A stretch of 64,000 nt of DNA from a candidate division FCPU426 bacterium (GTDB lineage Bacteria > Oederibacteriota > Muellerivitia > Muellerivitales > Muellerivitaceae): contig CAWCKJ010000008.1 in the NCBI GenBank assembly GCA_963796105.1, forward strand, positions 1 to 64,000, read 5' to 3'. Made by a program: the position numbers and the translations under genes. The first letter of the stretch is position 1; every line of letters begins with the position of its first letter. Below the pieces are notes generated by a model, which was not told the origin of the DNA, searched no databases, and worked only from the letters and a program-made list of their open reading frames with translations. Positions 60,544 through 64,000 of this stretch are shown in pieces.

Positions 60544-61551
60544 ATGGCCCGTAAAACCCTGATGCTCCTTTCCTTATTTCTCTTCTGCCTGGCGGGATGC
60601 GCCAAGACCGGCGGAAACGGGATCAAGATCGGACTCTCCCTGGATACCTTGAAAGAGGAGCGCTGGCAGCATGACCGGGATATGTTCGTGGCCAGGGCCA
60701 AGGAATTGGGGGTTGAGGTTCTGGTCCAGGCGGCCAATTCCAACGACGCCCTCCAGAACTCCCAGGCTGAGAATCTTTTAACCCAAGGGGTGAACGTCCT
60801 TGTCGTGGTGCCCCATAACGGAAAGAGCGCCGCCACCATCGTCCAGTCCGCCCACAAGGCCGGGGTGCCGGTCCTGGCCTATGACCGCCTCATCAATGAT
60901 TGTGATTTGGACCTCTACATCTCATTCGACAATGTCCGGGTCGGCGAGCTTCAGGCGGGCTACCTGACCGAGCGTAAACCCAAGGGAAAATACGTCCTCA
61001 TTGGAGGCGCTCCCACCGACAATAACGCCCTGCTTTTCAGGAAGGGTCAAATGAACATCCTGAAGCCCTTCATCGACCGAAAGGACATCCAGGTGGTGGC
61101 GGACCAATGGGCCAGCGATTGGCTTCCCGTGGAGGCCCTGAAGATCATGGAAAACGCCCTCACCCAGAACAACAACCAGGTGGACGCGGTGGTGGTCTCA
61201 AACGACGGCACGGCGGGAGGAGCGGTACAGGCCCTGGCCGAGCAGAATCTGGCGGGGAAAGTATTGGTTTCGGGCCAGGACGCCGACCTGGCGGGATGTC
61301 AGAGGATCGTGAAGGGAACCCAGAGCATGACGGTGTATAAGCCCATCAAGCAATTGGCCACCAAGGCCGCCGAGATCGCGGTGGCCATGGCTAAAAAGCA
61401 ACCCCTAACGGATAAGACCTCCCCCATCAATAACGGCCTCAAGGACGTGCCCAGTATCCTGCTTATGCCTATCCAGGTGGATAAAAGCAATCTGGATTCC
61501 ACTGTCATCGCGGACGGCTACCAGAAAAAAGAGGAAGTTTATAAGCCCTGA
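60544..61551 (+). CDS. xylF: D-xylose-type ABC transporter substrate-binding lipoprotein
   Basis: 'ERWQHDRD.F', 'AYDRLI', 'ISFDN.RVG.LQA', 'GAPTDNNA', 'SGQDAD', 'Q.MTVYKP'. Confidence 0.88.
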   Translation: MARKTLMLLSLFLFCLAGCAKTGGNGIKIGLSLDTLKEERWQHDRDMFVARAKELGVEVLVQAANSNDALQNSQAENLLTQGVNVLVVVPHNGKSAATIVQSAHKAGVPVLAYDRLINDCDLDLYISFDNVRVGELQAGYLTERKPKGKYVLIGGAPTDNNALLFRKGQMNILKPFIDRKDIQVVADQWASDWLPVEALKIMENALTQNNNQVDAVVVSNDGTAGGAVQALAEQNLAGKVLVSGQDADLAGCQRIVKGTQSMTVYKPIKQLATKAAEIAVAMAKKQPLTDKTSPINNGLKDVPSILLMPIQVDKSNLDSTVIADGYQKKEEVYKP

Positions 61552-61641
61552 TGGGGAGGGCTTTTTGCAGCCGAGCCAGCGAACAGAAATTCGCTACAAT
61601 GACGATCAACCGGACAATATTAAAAATTTAGGTGATTCAGA

Positions 61642-63153
61642 GTGCCCCTTCTTGAATTGAAAAGCATTACCAAGGATTTTCCGGGCGTCCGGGCTTTGGA
61701 TGGTGTTTCCTTCGACTTGGAACCGGGAGAGGTACACGCCCTTTGCGGGGAAAATGGGGCCGGAAAAAGCACCCTGATCAAGGTCCTCTGCGGGTACCAC
61801 CCTTACGGAAGCTATGGCGGCGAGGTTTTGCTGGAGGGCAAGCCTGTCCGTTTCAAGACGCTCAAGGATTCCGAGGAAAGGGGAATCGCTCTCATCGCCC
61901 AGGAACTGGCCCTGGTCCCGGAGCTGTCGGTGGCCGAGAATCTCACTCTGGGAAGGGAACCGGTGCGGGGTGGTTTCATCGATTGGAGAAGATCCGAGGA
62001 CGAGACCAGGAAGGCACTCGATCGGGTGGGACTCCAGGCGGGGCTCCAGACGCCCGTCCGGGAAATGGGTGTGGGCCAGCAGCAGTCGGTGGAAATCGCC
62101 AAGGCCCTTTCCAAGAACGCCCGGATCCTGGTGCTGGACGAGCCCACTGCCGCTCTTCCCGAGGAGGAAGTCCGCCGGCTTTTCGGGCTTTTGCGCTCCT
62201 TGCGTGACAAAGGCTTCTCCTGCGTTTATATCAGCCACCGGCTGGAAGAAGTGGGGCAAATCGCCGACCGTGTCACGGTTCTGCGGGACGGCAAATCCGT
62301 ATTGACCGAAATTTCCTCCCGCCTCGACCGCGACGCGATCATCGCGGCCATGGTGGGCCGGGAAGTGACAAACCTTTATCCCCGTCCCGAGACAAAGCCT
62401 GGAGAAATCCTTTTGGCGGCCGAGAATTTCAGCGTCGGGGATCCCGCCAATCCCGGCCGGTTCGTGGTGGAAGGCGTTTCTTTCGAGTTGAGGGCAGGTG
62501 AAATTCTCGGCGTGGCAGGCCTCATGGGAGCGGGCCGGACGGCTTTCCTAAGCTCCCTCTTCGGCGCGGCCCGGGGCAAGACCAGCGGAACCATCAAGGC
62601 CGGCGGGGTATCCTTGGCCCCTTTTAACTCCCCCGGGGAGGCGATTCAAGCCGGCCTGGCCCTCGTCAGCGAGGACCGCAAGAGATACGGCCTGGTTTTG
62701 GAATCCACCGTGGGCGAGAATCTGGTCCTTGCTTCCATGAGAAAACTGACCCGTCACGGCTTCCTGGACTCTCCTGCCTTGGAAAGCGAGTCGGAAGGCC
62801 AAGCCAGGTCCCTGCGCATCAAGGCCCCGTCCTTATCCGTCTGGGTGAACAAACTCTCGGGCGGAAACCAGCAGAAGGTGGTTTTGGGAAAATGGCTCAT
62901 GACGAACCCAAAAGTATTACTGCTGGATGAGCCGACCAGGGGAATTGACGTGGGAGCCAAGGCTGAGGTTTACGAGTTGATGGGACAGCTCGCGGCCAAG
63001 GGGATGGGAATCATCCTGGTCTCCTCCGACTTGCCGGAGCTTTTGGGTTTGAGCCATCGGGTGATGGTGCTCAGCCGAGGTAAGGTGACGGCGAATTTCG
63101 CCGGAACCGAGGCCCTGCCGGACAAGGTCATGGCGGCGGCGGTGGCGAATTGA
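61642..63153 (+). CDS. xylG: Monosaccharide (xylose-type) ABC transporter ATP-binding protein
   Basis: Two-NBD ATPase: GENGAGKSTL, EDRK..GL, LSGGNQQKV, DEPTRGIDVGAK. Confidence 0.88.
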   Translation: MPLLELKSITKDFPGVRALDGVSFDLEPGEVHALCGENGAGKSTLIKVLCGYHPYGSYGGEVLLEGKPVRFKTLKDSEERGIALIAQELALVPELSVAENLTLGREPVRGGFIDWRRSEDETRKALDRVGLQAGLQTPVREMGVGQQQSVEIAKALSKNARILVLDEPTAALPEEEVRRLFGLLRSLRDKGFSCVYISHRLEEVGQIADRVTVLRDGKSVLTEISSRLDRDAIIAAMVGREVTNLYPRPETKPGEILLAAENFSVGDPANPGRFVVEGVSFELRAGEILGVAGLMGAGRTAFLSSLFGAARGKTSGTIKAGGVSLAPFNSPGEAIQAGLALVSEDRKRYGLVLESTVGENLVLASMRKLTRHGFLDSPALESESEGQARSLRIKAPSLSVWVNKLSGGNQQKVVLGKWLMTNPKVLLLDEPTRGIDVGAKAEVYELMGQLAAKGMGIILVSSDLPELLGLSHRVMVLSRGKVTANFAGTEALPDKVMAAAVAN

Positions 63154-64000
63154 CCGCGAACAATTTAAAAACAAGTCCGGCGATCATCGAGGCGTCATCC
63201 TGGCTCGTGTTCCTCCTTCTTGGGGTTTTGGGAATCTGGCATTTTCACAACACGGAATTTCTGACACGATTCAATCTGGTTCCGGGGGGCCGAGGTGACA
63301 ACAGGCTGGTCATGGCGCTTTTGGAGTACATGAACCAATCCTTCCACGGAGTGGGGGATTTTCTTTCGCCCGCCTTTTATTACCCGGCGCTGGGAACCAG
63401 GGGTTACTCGGAAGCTTTCCTCGCCCACGGGGTTTTTTACATTTGGCTCAGGAGCCTTCATCTGGACATCTTCACCTGTTTCCAGATTTGCGTCCTAGTC
63501 TTCAATTTTTTAAATTATCTCCTTTTCTTCGGTTTGCTCCGTTCGGCATTGGGTTTTTCAACCACCGCATCCGCATTCGGGGCATTCCTGGCTTCCTTCA
63601 ACGCCCCCAAATTCAATCAGATCGGCGAATCCCAGATGCAGTTTCTTTGGGGATTGATCCTGGCTTTTTGGGCGCTTGGGATGGTAGTTCGGAAAAGTCA
63701 AACCCTTAGCCAAAAGCGTGTTTTCCTTCTTCTTTCGGGGGCGGGACTCGCTTTAACCCTCCAGATATTGACCTGCTTTTACCTGGCCTGGTTTTTCTGT
63801 TTTTGGATGGGTTTGTTTATCTTGTTGGGCTTGCTCATTCGACCCAGCCGGGCATTCCTAATATCCCTAATCCGAAAATTTCAAAAGGCCATCTTAGGCG
63901 CAGGTTTGGTTTTTGGGATCAGCCTCATCCCTTTCGTTTGGATTTATTTGCCGGTATTGATGGAGATGGAGGGGAAGAATTATAACGAGGTCCAAATGTA
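63150..64000 (+). CDS. Partial multi-TM membrane protein, probably GT-C-like (runs off window)
   Basis: Frame from TTG at 63150 (overlaps the xylG stop): MTANNLKTSPAIIEASSWLVFLLLGVLGIWHF...VPGGRGDNRLVMALLEY...FLSPAFYYPALGTRGYSEAFL; absent from the ORF track, consistent with no stop before the window end. Confidence 0.6.
   Translation, partial: MTANNLKTSPAIIEASSWLVFLLLGVLGIWHFHNTEFLTRFNLVPGGRGDNRLVMALLEYMNQSFHGVGDFLSPAFYYPALGTRGYSEAFLAHGVFYIWLRSLHLDIFTCFQICVLVFNFLNYLLFFGLLRSALGFSTTASAFGAFLASFNAPKFNQIGESQMQFLWGLILAFWALGMVVRKSQTLSQKRVFLLLSGAGLALTLQILTCFYLAWFFCFWMGLFILLGLLIRPSRAFLISLIRKFQKAILGAGLVFGISLIPFVWIYLPVLMEMEGKNYNEVQM

Overview
A 64-kb bacterial chromosomal window from a probable diderm organism; the GC-rich flanks enclose a visibly more AT-rich block at about 30.6-52 kb. 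It is dominated by cell-surface glycosylation genes: seven complete predicted GT-C-type membrane glycosyltransferases (ArnT/PMT-like, TMTC-like with TPR, YfhO-like, DUF2723/TMEM260-like with TPR, three PMT_2-like, two of them with PA14 domains) plus an eighth probable one running off the end. These sit with a polyprenol-phosphate sugar synthase (GT2), a GT9, a SAM methyltransferase, two mosaic copies of a membrane-fused spermidine-synthase-like gene and a ~1900-aa mucin-like Thr/Pro-rich secreted protein with an FlgD-Ig-type tail. Also present: tRNA-Arg(TCG) with a downstream array of structured tRNA-linked repeats, IS1380 and IS30 elements with identifiable ends, a LytS/LytTR two-component system beside a candidate structured RNA, an RNase II-family gene, a GH3 with a sugar ABC transporter, metK-ahcY and xylF-xylG. 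Three genes carry apparent +1 frameshifts that may be sequencing errors. All calls come from reading the sequence; no database searches were run.
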